DNA from: Vicinamibacterales bacterium
GTDB lineage: Bacteria; Acidobacteriota; Vicinamibacteria; Vicinamibacterales; SCN-69-37
Assembly (NCBI GenBank): GCA_041394725.1
Contig: JAWKHR010000018.1
Coordinates: forward strand, 4,359-68,358
Length of the DNA stretch: 64,000 nt
Reading direction: 5' to 3'
Under the pieces are notes generated by a model. That model saw only the letters and a program-made list of their open reading frames with translations. It was not told where the DNA came from and did not search any database. Shown here one piece after another: positions 18,866 through 29,519 of the stretch. A program made the translations under genes and the position numbers. The first letter of the stretch is position 1. The number at the start of each line of letters is the position of its first letter.

Positions 18866-18943
18866 GGGACTGTCCTGGTTCCTTCGTGCCTGTCTCGGTC
18901 GATGACGACGGCGGGGCGCCCCCGGAAGGGCGCCCCGCGGGCG

Positions 18944-19930
18944 TTATTCCTCGGCGGCGCCGCCGCCCGGCTGGTCGAGCCGCATGCCCAGGCTCAGCCC
19001 CATCGTGGCGAGGATGTCCTTGATCTCGTTCAGGGACTTGCGCCCGAAGTTCTTCGTCTTGAGCATCTCGCCCTCGGTCTTCTGCACGAGCTCGCGAAGC
19101 GTCCGGATGTTCGCGTTCTTCAGGCAGTTGTAGGACCGGACGGAGAGCTCCAGTTCCTCGACCGACTTGTCGAGGTGCTCGTTGACGGCGGCCGACGGCT
19201 GGTCGGCCGCGCTCGCGAGTGGCTGGTCGCCCGCCTCGTCGATGCCCACGAAGATCGTGAAGTGGTCGCGGATCAGCTTGGCGGCGAGCGACACGGCGTC
19301 GCGCGGGGTCACCGCGCCGTTCGTCCAGACCTCGAGCGTCAGCTTGTCGTAGTCGGTGGTCTGCCCGATGCGGGCGGCCTCGACCACGTAGTTGACCTTC
19401 TTCACCGGCGAATGGACGGAGTCGATCGGGATCCAGCCGATGCCGAGGTCCTCGTCGAAGTTCTTGTCGGCCGCCAGGTAGCCGCGGCCGCGCTTGATGC
19501 GGAGCTCCATCTCGAGCGTCCCGCCGTCGCTCACCGTGGCGATGTGGGCGTCCGGCTCGAGGATCTCGACGTCGGCGTCGGCCTCGATGTCGCGCGCGCG
19601 CACCTCACCCGGCTTGCTCGACCGCAGCACCAGCGTCTTGGCGTGCTCGGAGTGCAGCTTGATCGGGATCTGCTTCAGGTTGAGGATGATGTCCGTCGCG
19701 TCCTCGACCACGCCCTGGATCGGCGAGAACTCGTGGAGCACGCCCTCGATCTTCACCGCGGTGACCGCCGCGCCCTCGATCGAGGAGAGCAGCACCCGCC
19801 GCATCGCGTTGCCGACGGTCGTGCCGAAGCCCCGCTCGAACGGCTGCGCCCAGAAGCGCCCGAACCGATCCGTCTGCGTTTCCCGCTCGAACTCCAGCCG
19901 CTTCGGCCGCTGAAAACCCTTCCACAACAT
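18944..19930 (-). CDS. rpoA: DNA-directed RNA polymerase subunit alpha
   Basis: ORF 18944..20086. Plausible starts are ATG 19930 ([15 protein letters not shown]) or ATG 19939. Classical RpoA N-terminal domain plus a C-terminal domain ([23 protein letters not shown]). Confidence 0.93.
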   Translation of the reverse strand: MLWKGFQRPKRLEFERETQTDRFGRFWAQPFERGFGTTVGNAMRRVLLSSIEGAAVTAVKIEGVLHEFSPIQGVVEDATDIILNLKQIPIKLHSEHAKTLVLRSSKPGEVRARDIEADADVEILEPDAHIATVSDGGTLEMELRIKRGRGYLAADKNFDEDLGIGWIPIDSVHSPVKKVNYVVEAARIGQTTDYDKLTLEVWTNGAVTPRDAVSLAAKLIRDHFTIFVGIDEAGDQPLASAADQPSAAVNEHLDKSVEELELSVRSYNCLKNANIRTLRELVQKTEGEMLKTKNFGRKSLNEIKDILATMGLSLGMRLDQPGGGAAEE

Positions 19931-20113
19931 CGGTGTCATCCTTTCGCCCGCGCCCGCCCCGTCGGGACCGGCGCCAGACCTGCAGGTTGAGTCACCGGCC
20001 TCCCGCCGCAGGTCTGAGGGCTGCGGGCCGGCAACTGGCGCTCCGCCCGGCCGCACACCGGCCGGCGGAACCCCGGACGCCGCCACGCGGCGCCCGGACT
20101 CACGCGTCGTGCC

Positions 20114-20737
20114 CTACTTCGAGTAGAGCTCGACGATCAGCTGTTCCTGCACGGGCAGGTTGATCTGCTCGCGCGTCGGCAGCGACGCGATGCGCGCGGC
20201 GGCCGCGTCGACCGACAGCCACTCGGGCACGCCCCGGCCCTTGACCTCCTCCATCGCGTGCTGGATGGTCGGGTTCTCGGCGCTGCCCTTGCGCACGCCG
20301 ACGACGTCCCCCTGGCGGACCAGGTACGACGGGATGTCCACCTTCCGGCCGTTGACCGTGAAGTGGCCGTGGCGCACCAGCTGCCGCCCCTGGGCCCGCG
20401 ACGTCGAGAAGCCGCAGCGGTAGACGACGTTGTCCAGCCGCCGCTCGAGCGTCTGCAGCAGCAGCTCGCCGGTGATGCCCTTCTGCCGGTCCGCGGCCTC
20501 GAAGTAGCGGCGGAACTGGTTCTCGAGCACGCCGTAGGTGCGCTTCACCTTCTGCTTCTCGCGCAGCTGGATGCCGTAGCCCACCATCTTGGCCTTGCGC
20601 GCGCGCCCGTGCTGACCGGGCACCACGTTGCGCTTCTCGATCGCGCACTTCTCCGTGTAGCAGCGCTCGCCCTTCAGGAAGAGCTTCATGCCCTCGCGCC
20701 GGCAGAGCCGGCAGACCGGACCGATGTACCGTGCCAT
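20114..20737 (-). CDS. rpsD: 30S ribosomal protein S4
   Basis: Begins [26 protein letters not shown]. 207 aa. Confidence 0.97.
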   Translation of the reverse strand: MARYIGPVCRLCRREGMKLFLKGERCYTEKCAIEKRNVVPGQHGRARKAKMVGYGIQLREKQKVKRTYGVLENQFRRYFEAADRQKGITGELLLQTLERRLDNVVYRCGFSTSRAQGRQLVRHGHFTVNGRKVDIPSYLVRQGDVVGVRKGSAENPTIQHAMEEVKGRGVPEWLSVDAAAARIASLPTREQINLPVQEQLIVELYSK

Positions 20738-20895
20738 CTGGGTGATCCTCGCAAACTCGGAAGTCCGAAGGTCGAACTTCGAACCTCTGGCGGGCGGCCC
20801 TGCCGCCGACCTCTCACTTCACTCCACGACCCGACCGGCGGCGCCGACGGCGCCCACCGGTGTTCGAACTTCGACGTTCGACGTGCCCCGTACCC

Positions 20896-21330
20896 TCAGA
20901 CCCGCCGCTTCTTCGGCGGCCGGCAGCCGTTGTGCGGGATCGGCGTGACGTCGCGGATGGACTTCACGTCGATGCCCACGGTCTGGAGCGCGCGGATCGC
21001 CGACTCGCGCCCGGCGCCGGGCCCCTTGACCCGCACCTCCAGCGACCGGAGGCCGAACGCCTTGGCGGCGTTGCCGGCGGCCATCGCCGCCTGGGTCGCC
21101 GCGAACGGCGTGCCCTTGCGCGAGCCCTTGAACCCGATCCCGCCCGCGCTCGACCACGCGATCACGTTGCCCTCGGTGTCGGTAATCGTGATCGTGGTGT
21201 TGTTGAACGACGCCTGGATGTGGGCGAAGCCGTGGTGCACCACGCGCTTCTCGCCGCGCTTCTTGAACGTCTTCTTGCGCTTGGCGGGCTTGCCCGACTC
21301 GGCGCCGCCTTCGGCTTGCGTCTTGGCCAT
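20896..21330 (-). CDS. rpsK: 30S ribosomal protein S11
   Basis: Has ...[19 protein letters not shown]...[10 protein letters not shown]. 144 aa. Confidence 0.97.
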   Translation of the reverse strand: MAKTQAEGGAESGKPAKRKKTFKKRGEKRVVHHGFAHIQASFNNTTITITDTEGNVIAWSSAGGIGFKGSRKGTPFAATQAAMAAGNAAKAFGLRSLEVRVKGPGAGRESAIRALQTVGIDVKSIRDVTPIPHNGCRPPKKRRV

Positions 21331-21333
21331 CTG

Positions 21334-21708
21334 CTACTCCGTCTTCTTGCGGGCGACCGCGCCCCGACGCGGCCCCTTGCGCGTCCGCGCGTTCGTGCGC
21401 GTCCGCTGGCCGCGCGCCGGCAGGTTCCGCCGGTGCCGCGCCCCCCGATAGCTGCCGATCTCGGCGAGCCGCTTGATGTTGAGCGAGATCTCCTTGCGGA
21501 GATCGCCCTCCACCCCGCCCTGCTCCTCGATCACCCGGCTGATCTTGCGGACGTCGTCCTCCGACAGGTCCTTCACGCGGATGTCGCCACTGACCTCGGC
21601 CGCGGCGAGGATGTCGTTCGAGCGCTTCCGGCCGATGCCGTAGATGTACGTCAGTCCGATCTCGACGCGCTTGGTGCGCGGCAGATCGACGCCTGCAATT
21701 CTGGCCAT
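21334..21708 (-). CDS. rpsM: 30S ribosomal protein S13
   Basis: Begins [26 protein letters not shown]. 124 aa. Confidence 0.97.
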   Translation of the reverse strand: MARIAGVDLPRTKRVEIGLTYIYGIGRKRSNDILAAAEVSGDIRVKDLSEDDVRKISRVIEEQGGVEGDLRKEISLNIKRLAEIGSYRGARHRRNLPARGQRTRTNARTRKGPRRGAVARKKTE

Positions 21709-21711
21709 CGC

Positions 21712-21825
21712 CTATCCCTGCCTCTGCTTGTGCTTCTGATTCGGGCAGATCACGCGGACGACCCCGCGCCGCCGCACGACCTTGCACTTCACGCAAATCC
21801 GTTTCACCGAAGCCCTGACCTTCAT
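21712..21825 (-). CDS. rpmJ: 50S ribosomal protein L36 (Zn-binding C+ form)
   Basis: Not in the ORF track because it is too short. Manual translation gives [37 protein letters not shown]. It lies between infA and rpsM. Confidence 0.92.
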   Translation of the reverse strand: MKVRASVKRICVKCKVVRRRGVVRVICPNQKHKQRQG

Positions 21826-21855
21826 CGCTGCTCCCGCCTTCACTCGCCGGCGCGC

Positions 21856-22092
21856 CTAGCGCGCCGGGCGTCGCCGGAGAATCCGCCCCCGGCCGTGGTC
21901 GCGCGGACTGAGCGCCACGACCACCCGATCGCCCGTCACGAGCCGGACGAAATTGACGCCGGGCCCGCTCGCCGCGTGCGCCGTCACCTGGCGCCCGCCT
22001 TCGATCCCGACCCGATACAGCGCCCGCGGCAGCACCGCCAGCACCGTGCCTTCCACTTCCACCGGCGGCCCGTCCGGCACCCGCGCCGCCAT
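21856..22092 (-). CDS. infA: Translation initiation factor IF-1 (divergent sequence)
   Basis: This is the tail of ORF 21856..22866 from ATG 22092: MAARVPDGPPVEVEGTVLAVLPRALYRVGIEGGRQVTAHAASGPGVNFVRLVTGDRVVVALSPRDHGRGRILRR. It shows the S1/OB pattern of IF-1 and the canonical position between map and rpmJ. Confidence 0.8.
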   Translation of the reverse strand: MAARVPDGPPVEVEGTVLAVLPRALYRVGIEGGRQVTAHAASGPGVNFVRLVTGDRVVVALSPRDHGRGRILRRRPAR

Positions 22093-22097
22093 GCCGC

Positions 22098-22874
22098 CTA
22101 GTGCGGCCCGGCTCCCGACGTGACCGGCCGCGCCGACAGCACCAGCGGGCCCTCCGCGGTCACCGCCACCGAGTGCTCGAAGTGCGCTGCCAGGCTGCCG
22201 TCGCGCGTCACCGCGGTCCAGCCGTCCGAGAGCACCTTCGTGTCGGGCCGGCCCATCGCGACCATCGGCTCGATCGCGAACACCATGCCCGCGGCCAGCT
22301 TCGGCCCCCGGCCCGGAGAGCCGTAGTTCGGGATCTGCGGCTCCTCGTGGAGCTTCTCGCCGATCCCGTGCCCGACGAACTCGCGCACCACGGAAAACCC
22401 GTGCTGCTCGACCCACTGCTGCACCGCGTGCCCGATGTCCGACAGCCGGCCGCCCACGCGGACCTGCTCGATTCCGTGTTCGAGCGCCTCGCGCGTCACC
22501 CGCAGCAGCTCGGTCGTCTTCGCCGGGACCTCGCCGACCGCGACCGTGATCGCCGAGTCGCCGTAGTACCCGTCGAGCTTCACCCCGACGTCGAGCGAGA
22601 CGATGTCGCCCGCCGCCAGCGCCCGCGACGCGGAGGGGATGCCGTGCACCACCTCCTGATTCACCGACGCGCACAGCGTCGCCGGGTAGCCGCGGTAGCC
22701 CTTGAACGCCGGCTCGGCGCCCCGCTCGCGCACCAGCTGCTCGGCCAGCCGGTCGAGGTCGGCCGTCGTGACGCCCGGTGCCACGGCGGCCTCGAGCCGC
22801 GCCAGCACCTCCGCGACGCACTGGTTCGCGGCGCGCAGGCGCTCGATCTCGGCCGCCGACCGGCACACGATCAC
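22098..22874 (-). CDS. map: Type I methionine aminopeptidase
   Basis: In-frame part of ORF 22098..23087. GTG 22874 overlaps the adk stop (GTGA). The sequence runs VIVCRSAAEIERLRAAN... and the metal ligands are in context (DIVSLDVG..DGYYGD, FVGHGIG, FAIEP, HFEH). Confidence 0.92.
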   Translation of the reverse strand: MIVCRSAAEIERLRAANQCVAEVLARLEAAVAPGVTTADLDRLAEQLVRERGAEPAFKGYRGYPATLCASVNQEVVHGIPSASRALAAGDIVSLDVGVKLDGYYGDSAITVAVGEVPAKTTELLRVTREALEHGIEQVRVGGRLSDIGHAVQQWVEQHGFSVVREFVGHGIGEKLHEEPQIPNYGSPGRGPKLAAGMVFAIEPMVAMGRPDTKVLSDGWTAVTRDGSLAAHFEHSVAVTAEGPLVLSARPVTSGAGPH

Positions 22875-23515
22875 GACTCGACCCCCACCACCGACGCGAC
22901 CGCCGCGGCCACGTCCTCGGCCACCGCGTTCGGCGACTGATCCCCGTCCACCGACCGGAACGTCGGCCGGCGGCTGTAGTAGTCCACCAGCGGCTGCGTC
23001 TGCTCCCAGTAGACCCGGAGGCGCTCCCGGACCACGTCGGTCGCGTCGTCGCGCCGCTGGACGAGCTCGCCGCCGCACTTCTCGCACGCCTCGAGGCCCG
23101 GCGCCGCGGTCCAGCCGCAGTTGCGGCAGATCCGCCGGCCGCCCAGCCGCTCGACGAGACGGTCCTCGGGGACCTCCACGTCGATCACCACCAGCGTGCC
23201 GACGTCGTCGACGAGCTTGTCGAGCGCCTGCGCCTGGGGCACCGTCCGCGGGAACCCGTCGAGCACGAACCCGCGCGCGACGTCCGGGCGCGACAGCCGC
23301 TCGCGCACGATCCCGATCATCAGGTCGTCGCCGACGAGCCGGCCGGTCTCCATCAGGGCGCGGGCCGCCCGCCCGAGCTCGGTGCCGGCCTGCACGGCCT
23401 CGCGCAGGATGTCGCCGGTCGAGATCTTCGGGATCCCGCGCGCGCGCGCGAACCGGTCCGCCTGGGTGCCCTTTCCGGCGCCTGGCGGTCCCAGCATCAC
23501 CAGCTTCACAGCCAT
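22871..23515 (-). CDS. adk: Adenylate kinase (Cys4 zinc lid)
   Basis: ATG 23515 gives MAVKLVMLGPPGAGKGTQ. The lid is CRNCG...CEKCGGELVQRRDD. Confidence 0.95.
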   Translation of the reverse strand: MAVKLVMLGPPGAGKGTQADRFARARGIPKISTGDILREAVQAGTELGRAARALMETGRLVGDDLMIGIVRERLSRPDVARGFVLDGFPRTVPQAQALDKLVDDVGTLVVIDVEVPEDRLVERLGGRRICRNCGWTAAPGLEACEKCGGELVQRRDDATDVVRERLRVYWEQTQPLVDYYSRRPTFRSVDGDQSPNAVAEDVAAAVASVVGVES

Positions 23516-23549
23516 CCCGGCGTCGCGGCCGCGCCGCCCCGGGGCCGCA

Positions 23550-24932
23550 TCAGCCACGCCTCCCGCGGACCCGCGTCTTCTTCATGAAGCCGTCGTAGTG
23601 CCGCATGATCAGCTGGGACTCCACCTGCTGCACCGTGTCCATCGCGACGCCGACGATGATCAGCAGTGACGTGCCGCCGAAGTAGAACGTCACGCCGAGG
23701 CCCTCGGTGATGAACCGCGGGATCACCGCGTCGAGCTGGTCGCCGATGAACGGGATCGGCGCCACCTTGAACCCGGTCAGCATGAACTCCGGCAGCAGCG
23801 CGATGAGCGCCAGGTAGATCGCGCCGAACAGCGTCACGCGCGCCAGGATGCCGTCGATGTACTCGGCGGTGCGCTTGCCGGGCCGGATGCCCGGCACGAA
23901 CCCGCCGTACTTCCGCATGTTCTCCGCGACGTCATCCGGGTTGAAGATGATCGCCGTGTAGAAGTACGCGAAGAAGATGATCAGCCCGATGTAGAGCAGG
24001 TTGTAGAGCGGGTACCCGATCGACAGCTGCTCGATCGCACTCGCCGCGAACCCCGTCTGCGCGAACATCGGTTTGAGCGTCTGCGGGAACGCCAGAATCG
24101 ACGACGCGAAGATGACCGGCATGACGCCGCCGGTGTTCACCTTCAGCGGGATGTGCGTGCTGGCGCCGCCGTACATCCGCCGGCCCACCATCCGCCTGGC
24201 GTACTGCACGGTGACCCGCCGGTAGCCGCGCTCGACGAACACGACCGCGCCGACGACCGCGACCATCAGCATCAGCAGGACGGCCAGGCGCAGCAGGCCC
24301 ATCTGCCCGCTCTGGAGCTGGCCCAGCGTGGACACCACGCCGCGCGGCAGCCCGACGACGATGCCGGCGTAGATGAGCAGCGACATGCCGTTGCCGACGC
24401 CGCGCTCGGTGATCTGCTCGCCGAGCCACATGACGAGCACCGACCCGGTCGTGAGCGTCAGCACCGTCATGGCACGGAAGCCCCAGCCCGGATCCGGCAC
24501 GATGTTGAGGCCACCCTGCTGGTTGAAGTTCTCGAGGAAGAACGCGATGCCCAGCGACTGCACCACGCTCAGCAGGATCGTCCCGTACCGCGTGTACTGG
24601 GTGATCTTCCGCCGCCCCAGCTCGCCTTCCTTCGACAGACGCTCCAGGTACGGCCAGACGACCGTGAGCAGCTGCAGAATGATCGACGCGCTGATGTACG
24701 GCATCACGCCCAGCGCGAAGACCGTCATCTGCGACAGCTGATATCCCGAGAACATGTCGTACAGGCCGAAGAGACCTCCGGCCGCCTGCTGAGTCAGCTC
24801 AGCCAGCGCGGCCCCGTTGATCCCCGGCGTCGGGATGTGCGCCCCGAGCCGGTACACGGCGAGGATGCCCAGCGTGAAGAGCACCCGCTTCCGCAGTTCC
24901 GGTATCGCGAAGATGTTCTTGATACTGTCCAT
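23550..24932 (-). CDS. secY: Preprotein translocase subunit SecY
   Basis: ATG 24932 gives MDSIKNIFAIPELRKRVLFTLGILAVYRLGAHIPTPG. 10-TM pattern. It lies between rplO and adk. Confidence 0.96.
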   Translation of the reverse strand: MDSIKNIFAIPELRKRVLFTLGILAVYRLGAHIPTPGINGAALAELTQQAAGGLFGLYDMFSGYQLSQMTVFALGVMPYISASIILQLLTVVWPYLERLSKEGELGRRKITQYTRYGTILLSVVQSLGIAFFLENFNQQGGLNIVPDPGWGFRAMTVLTLTTGSVLVMWLGEQITERGVGNGMSLLIYAGIVVGLPRGVVSTLGQLQSGQMGLLRLAVLLMLMVAVVGAVVFVERGYRRVTVQYARRMVGRRMYGGASTHIPLKVNTGGVMPVIFASSILAFPQTLKPMFAQTGFAASAIEQLSIGYPLYNLLYIGLIIFFAYFYTAIIFNPDDVAENMRKYGGFVPGIRPGKRTAEYIDGILARVTLFGAIYLALIALLPEFMLTGFKVAPIPFIGDQLDAVIPRFITEGLGVTFYFGGTSLLIIVGVAMDTVQQVESQLIMRHYDGFMKKTRVRGRRG

Positions 24933-25014
24933 GTCCTCATCTCGCGATCCCGCCACCGGACCCTCGCGCCCGCCCGCGACCGTCGCGGGCGTGACCGGGG
25001 GTCCGGTCGCCGGA

Positions 25015-25461
25015 TCAGTCGATGACTTCCGCTACGCCCCCGGCCGCCGCGATCTTCTCCGCGGCCGTGCCGGAGAACTTGTGGGCCCGCACCGTCAGCG
25101 CCTTCGCGATCTCGCCGCGGCCGAGCACCTTGACGGGGGCCTTCGTGCCGTGCACCAGGCCGCGCTCGCGCAGCAGCTCCGGCGTCACCGACGAGCCCGC
25201 CTCGAAGACCGTCGTCAGCGTGTCGAGGTTGACCACCGCGTACTCGACACGGAACGGGTTGTGGAAGCCGCGCTTCGGCACGCGCCGGTGCAGCGGCATC
25301 TGGCCGCCCTCGAAGCCGCGCTTGTGCCGGAAGCCCGACCGGGACTTCGCGCCCTTCTCGCCCCGGCCCGCGGTCTTGCCGTGGCCCGTCCCGGGCCCGC
25401 GGCCGACCCGCTTCTTCGCGTGCTTGGCGCCCTTGGGCGGACGCAGGTTGTTCAGCGACAT
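25015..25461 (-). CDS. rplO: 50S ribosomal protein L15
   Basis: Begins [30 protein letters not shown]. 148 aa. Confidence 0.97.
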   Translation of the reverse strand: MSLNNLRPPKGAKHAKKRVGRGPGTGHGKTAGRGEKGAKSRSGFRHKRGFEGGQMPLHRRVPKRGFHNPFRVEYAVVNLDTLTTVFEAGSSVTPELLRERGLVHGTKAPVKVLGRGEIAKALTVRAHKFSGTAAEKIAAAGGVAEVID

Positions 25462-25462
25462 G

Positions 25463-25642
25463 TCAGCTCGGCTCCACTCTCACCAGGTGACGCACGCGGA
25501 GGATGAGCCCCCGCGTCGCCGGCGTGTCCTCGACCTCGATCGTGTGCCGGATGCGGCGCAGGCCCAGGCTGCGCAGGGCCGTCTTCTGCTTCTTGTCGAA
25601 GCCGATGCCGCTCCGGATCTGGGTGACCTTCAGGGCCTTCAT
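25463..25642 (-). CDS. rpmD: 50S ribosomal protein L30
   Basis: Not in the ORF track. Manual translation gives [59 protein letters not shown]. The ATG overlaps the rpsE stop (ATGA). Confidence 0.92.
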   Translation of the reverse strand: MKALKVTQIRSGIGFDKKQKTALRSLGLRRIRHTIEVEDTPATRGLILRVRHLVRVEPS

Positions 25643-26154
25643 GCTCCCACCAGCTCCTCGACGTCCTTGCCGCGCAGCCGCGCCACGGCGGCCGGGTCGC
25701 GCAGGTCGGTCAGCGCCGCGAACGTCGCGCGGACCACGTTGTGGGGATTCGCCGTGCCGAGCGACTTGGTCAGCACGTTGTTGATCCCGGCCGACTCGAC
25801 GACCGCGCGCACCGCGCCGCCCGCGATGATGCCGGTCCCGTCGGGCGCCGGCTTGAGCAGCACCGACCCGGCGCCGAAACGGCCGAGCACGGGGTGCGGA
25901 ATCGTCGTCCCGCGCATCGGCACGCGGACGAGGGCCTTCTTCGCCGCCTCGATCGCCTTCTTGATCGCCGACGGCACCTCCTTGGCCTTGCCGATGCCGA
26001 AGCCGACCACGCCCTGGCCGTCACCGACGACCACGAGCGCGCTGAAGCTCAGGTTCTTGCCGCCCTTGACGACCTTGGTGACGCGGCTGATGTTGACCAC
26101 CGTGTCCTTGAGCTCGAGCTGCGAGGGATCGATTCTTTCGCGAAAGTCCGCCAT
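25639..26154 (-). CDS. rpsE: 30S ribosomal protein S5
   Basis: Has ...[41 protein letters not shown]. 171 aa. Confidence 0.97.
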   Translation of the reverse strand: MADFRERIDPSQLELKDTVVNISRVTKVVKGGKNLSFSALVVVGDGQGVVGFGIGKAKEVPSAIKKAIEAAKKALVRVPMRGTTIPHPVLGRFGAGSVLLKPAPDGTGIIAGGAVRAVVESAGINNVLTKSLGTANPHNVVRATFAALTDLRDPAAVARLRGKDVEELVGA

Positions 26155-26157
26155 GTC

Positions 26158-26532
26158 TCAGAACTCCAGGCCCGCTTTGCGCGCCGCGTCGGCCAGCGCG
26201 CGAATCCGGCCGTGATAGAGGTAGCCGCCGCGGTCGAACACGACCCGCGTGATGCCCTTGGCCTTCAGCCGCTCGGCCACCACCGTCCCGAGCGCCGCCG
26301 CGCCGGCCACGTTGCCGCCGGTCGGCCCGCCCGTGAACGTGCCCTTCAGGCCAGGCTCGACGCTCGAGGCCGCCACCACCGTCCGGCCGGTCGAGTCGTC
26401 GATGACCTGCGCCGAGATGTGCGCCAGCGACCGCGCCACCGCCATCCGGGGCCGCTCGGTCGTGCCGGTGATCCGCTTGCGCTGCCGCAGCCGGATCCGC
26501 TCCTGCCGGTCCTTCTTCGTGCGAATCTTCAT
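26158..26532 (-). CDS. rplR: 50S ribosomal protein L18
   Basis: Has ...[20 protein letters not shown]...[22 protein letters not shown]. 124 aa. Confidence 0.96.
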   Translation of the reverse strand: MKIRTKKDRQERIRLRQRKRITGTTERPRMAVARSLAHISAQVIDDSTGRTVVAASSVEPGLKGTFTGGPTGGNVAGAAALGTVVAERLKAKGITRVVFDRGGYLYHGRIRALADAARKAGLEF

Positions 26533-26545
26533 ACGTCGCTCCGCT

Positions 26546-27082
26546 CTACGCCCCGGTCTTGCCGACCTTCTTCTTGAGGACCTCGCCCGTGTAGCGGACG
26601 CCCTTCTGCTTGTACGGGTCCGGCCGGCGCAGGCCGCGGATGTTCGCCGCCACCTGCCCCACCAGCTGCCGGTCGATGCCCGTCACCGTGACGTGCGTCT
26701 GCTTGTCGACCGCGATGTCGATGCCCGTCGGCACGTCGAAGACGATCGGGTGCGAGTAGCCCAGGGCGAACACGACCTGCTTGCCCTTGACCTCGGCGCG
26801 ATAGCCGACGCCCACGATGTCGAGCTCCTTCTTGAAGCCCTGCGTGACGCCGGTCACCGCGTTCGCCACCAGCGTCCGCGCGAGCCCGTGGAACTTCCGG
26901 AACTCCGGGTCGGCCGACGCGAGCTGCGCCGTCAGCTCCGCGCCGTCGAGCGCGAACGACACGCCCGGCGGCACCTTCTGCGTCAGCGTGCCCTTCGGGC
27001 CCTTGACCTGGACCGCGTCGGGCTGGACCGTGACGGTCACGCCCTTCGGGACCTGAATCGGTTTCTTTCCAATACGCGACAT
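26546..27082 (-). CDS. rplF: 50S ribosomal protein L6
   Basis: ATG 27082 gives [20 protein letters not shown]... and the protein ends ...[12 protein letters not shown]. Confidence 0.96.
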   Translation of the reverse strand: MSRIGKKPIQVPKGVTVTVQPDAVQVKGPKGTLTQKVPPGVSFALDGAELTAQLASADPEFRKFHGLARTLVANAVTGVTQGFKKELDIVGVGYRAEVKGKQVVFALGYSHPIVFDVPTGIDIAVDKQTHVTVTGIDRQLVGQVAANIRGLRRPDPYKQKGVRYTGEVLKKKVGKTGA

Positions 27083-27134
27083 GGTCGTCTCACTTCCGTG
27101 CCGGGCGCCGGGCGCCCGTCGCACGACTCCGCCT

Positions 27135-27533
27135 CTACCAGATGTTGCAGAGCACCTCGCCGCCCACGCCGGCCTGGACGGCCTGCCGGCCCGTCATCAC
27201 GCCGTGGGACGTCGTCAGGATGCTCGTGCCGAGCCCGCCCATCACCCGGGGCACGTCGTTACGGCCCAGGTAGACGCGGCGGCCGGGCCGGCTCACGCGC
27301 TCGAGCCCGGTAATCACGTTCTCCCCGCGGGGGCCGTACTTGAGGAACAGCCGGAGGTACGGGCGCGGCACCTCGCCGGCCTCGACGGTCCTGAAGCCCT
27401 GGATGTAGCCTTCCTGCTCGAGGATGCGGGCGATCTCCGCCTTGAACCGGGAGGCGGGCACGTCCACGCGCTGATGCCGCGCGTGCACGGCATTGCGGAT
27501 CCTGGTGAGCATGTCTGCGATCGGATCGGTCAT
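27135..27533 (-). CDS. rpsH: 30S ribosomal protein S8
   Basis: Begins [15 protein letters not shown] and ends ...GGEVLCNIW. 132 aa. Confidence 0.97.
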   Translation of the reverse strand: MTDPIADMLTRIRNAVHARHQRVDVPASRFKAEIARILEQEGYIQGFRTVEAGEVPRPYLRLFLKYGPRGENVITGLERVSRPGRRVYLGRNDVPRVMGGLGTSILTTSHGVMTGRQAVQAGVGGEVLCNIW

Positions 27534-27579
27534 GTGCTGTCCTTACGAGAACGGTCTGCTGTCGATCTCCGGCCCGGCG

Positions 27580-27765
27580 CTACCAGCTGCTCTTGATCAC
27601 GCCGGCCACCTCGCCGCGGAGCGCGAGCTCGCGGAAACAGAGGCGACAGAGCGCGAACTTGCGCAGGTAGGCGCGCGGCCGGCCGCACTTCTGGCAGCGA
27701 TTCCGCCGCCGCACCCCGAACTTGGCCTTCTTCCGGTCCTTGACGCTCTTTGCAGTCGTAGCCAT
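27580..27765 (-). CDS. rpsN: 30S ribosomal protein S14, type Z (Zn-ribbon form)
   Basis: 61 aa. Has ...[26 protein letters not shown]. Confidence 0.95.
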   Translation of the reverse strand: MATTAKSVKDRKKAKFGVRRRNRCQKCGRPRAYLRKFALCRLCFRELALRGEVAGVIKSSW

Positions 27766-27770
27766 GGTCG

Positions 27771-28313
27771 TCAGTTCTGGCGGAACGGCATGCCCATCAG
27801 CTGGAGCAGCCGCCGCGCCTCCTCGTCGGTGGTCGCCGTGGTGACGACCGAGATGTTGAGCCCCCGCGACGTGTCCACCTTCAGGTAGTCGATTTCCGGG
27901 AACATCAGCTGGTCGCGCAGGCCGAGCGTGTAGTTGCCGCGGCCGTCGAAGCCGCGCGCCGACACGCCGCGGAAGTCGCGCACGCGGGGCAGCGCCACCG
28001 CGATCAGCCGGTCCAGGAACTCGAACATCCGGTCGCCGCGCAGCGTGACCATCGCGCCGATCGGCATGCCCTTGCGGAGCTTGAACTGCGCGATCGACTT
28101 CTTCGCGCGCGTCACGACCGCCTTCTGGCCGGTGATCCGGCTGAGCTCGTCGGCGCCGGTGTCGACCACCTTGGCGTTCTGCGTGCCCTCGCCGAGGCCC
28201 ATGTTGACCACGACCTTCGTGATGCGGGGCACGGCCATGATGTTGGCGTAGCCGAACTCCTTCCGGAGGGCCGGCACGACCTCGGACTTGTAACGGTCTC
28301 TCAGGCGGCTCAT
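27771..28313 (-). CDS. rplE: 50S ribosomal protein L5
   Basis: ATG 28313 gives [31 protein letters not shown]. It overlaps the rplX stop (ATGA). Confidence 0.96.
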   Translation of the reverse strand: MSRLRDRYKSEVVPALRKEFGYANIMAVPRITKVVVNMGLGEGTQNAKVVDTGADELSRITGQKAVVTRAKKSIAQFKLRKGMPIGAMVTLRGDRMFEFLDRLIAVALPRVRDFRGVSARGFDGRGNYTLGLRDQLMFPEIDYLKVDTSRGLNISVVTTATTDEEARRLLQLMGMPFRQN

Positions 28314-28642
28314 TTGTCCACGACTCCGTCGCACTTCCGGCACACCCGCACCCGCCGGCCGTCGTCGAGCCGCCGGTGCCCGACCCGGGTCGCGACGCCG
28401 CACTCGGGACAGACCAGCTGCACGTTCGACACGTCCAGCGAGGCCTCGCGCTCGACGATCCCGCCCTTGACGTTGCGCTGCGGGTTCGGGCGCGTGTGCC
28501 GCTTGATGAAGTTCACGCCCTCGACGACGACGCGGTGCCGGACCGGCATGACCTGCAGCACGCGCCCGCGCTTGCCGCGGTCGCGGCCGGCGATCACCAC
28601 GACGTTGTCGTTCTTCCGGATGCTGAGCGTCTGGCGCATCAT
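28310..28642 (-). CDS. rplX: 50S ribosomal protein L24 (with CxxC...CxxC C-terminal region)
   Basis: This is the tail of ORF 28310..29023: [31 protein letters not shown] (KOW motif) ... [34 protein letters not shown]. Confidence 0.93.
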   Translation of the reverse strand: MMRQTLSIRKNDNVVVIAGRDRGKRGRVLQVMPVRHRVVVEGVNFIKRHTRPNPQRNVKGGIVEREASLDVSNVQLVCPECGVATRVGHRRLDDGRRVRVCRKCDGVVDK

Positions 28643-28644
28643 GA

Positions 28645-29013
28645 CTAGAGCACCTCCGGCGCCAGCGAGATGATCTTCATGAACCGCCGCTCGCGCAGCT
28701 CCCGCGCCACCGGGCCGAACACGCGCGTGCCGATCGGCTCGCCCTCGGGGCTGATGAGCACGGCCGCGTTGCGGTCGAACCGGATGTAGCTGCCGTCCTT
28801 GCGGCGCAGCTCCTTGCGCGTCCGGACGATGACCGCCTTGACGACCTGGCCCTTCTTGACCGTCGCGTCGGGCGTGGCTTCCTTCACCGACGCCGTGACG
28901 ATGTCGCCGATCCGCGCGTAGCGGCCCGTGGACCCGCCGATCGGGTTGATCACCGCGATCTTGCGGGCGCCGGAATTGTCGGCCACGTCGAGAATGGATC
29001 GCATCTGTACCAT
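28645..29013 (-). CDS. rplN: 50S ribosomal protein L14
   Basis: Begins [28 protein letters not shown]. 122 aa. Confidence 0.97.
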   Translation of the reverse strand: MVQMRSILDVADNSGARKIAVINPIGGSTGRYARIGDIVTASVKEATPDATVKKGQVVKAVIVRTRKELRRKDGSYIRFDRNAAVLISPEGEPIGTRVFGPVARELRERRFMKIISLAPEVL

Positions 29014-29057
29014 GATTGGTCACTCCTCCCCGCGCCTCGTGCCGCGGGGCTGCCGCC

Positions 29058-29309
29058 CTAGACGATCCGCGCCCGCTCCACGACGCGCGTGACCACCCAG
29101 CGCTTGCGACGGCTGATCGGCCGCGAGGCGACGAGCGCGACCTTGTCGCCCACCTTCGCGTCGTTGGCCTCGTCGTGCGCCATGAACTTCGTCGTCAGCC
29201 GCAGCTGCTTGCCGTAGACCTCGTCGCGCACCTGGCGCTCGACGGCGACCACGACGCTCTTCTGCATCTTGTTGCTGACGACCGTGCCGTAGATTTCGCG
29301 TTTCGCCAT
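29058..29309 (-). CDS. rpsQ: 30S ribosomal protein S17
   Basis: Begins MAKREIYGTVVSNKMQKSVVVAVERQV. 83 aa. Confidence 0.96.
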   Translation of the reverse strand: MAKREIYGTVVSNKMQKSVVVAVERQVRDEVYGKQLRLTTKFMAHDEANDAKVGDKVALVASRPISRRKRWVVTRVVERARIV

Positions 29310-29312
29310 CGC

Positions 29313-29519
29313 TCAGTCCCTGACGCCCTTCTCGCCGAGCACCGTCTTGATCCGCGCCAGCTCCCGGCGGAGCGGACGCACCTTGTGGCCCGACTCGGTC
29401 TGGCCCATGGTCTGCTGCAGGCGCAGGCGGAAGACCTGGTCGTCCAGGTCCTTCGCGCGCTGGCGCAGGTCCTCGACCGGCAGCCCGCGGAGTTCGGAGA
29501 GCAGCTCGCCGACCTTCAT
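29313..29519 (-). CDS. rpmC: 50S ribosomal protein L29
   Basis: This is the tail of ORF 29313..29879 from ATG 29519: [35 protein letters not shown]. It overlaps the rplP stop. Confidence 0.93.
   Translation of the reverse strand: MKVGELLSELRGLPVEDLRQRAKDLDDQVFRLRLQQTMGQTESGHKVRPLRRELARIKTVLGEKGVRD

Noticed and set aside
17729-19990. 753-aa plus-strand ORF
   Set aside because: It is antisense to threonine dehydratase, rplQ and rpoA, and is a high-GC artefact.
20738-20895. Repeated TTCGAAC/TTCGAC words in the rpsK-rpsD spacer, possibly an S4 autoregulatory structure
   Set aside because: I see only imperfect short palindromes and cannot fold the RNA by eye with confidence. No claim is made.
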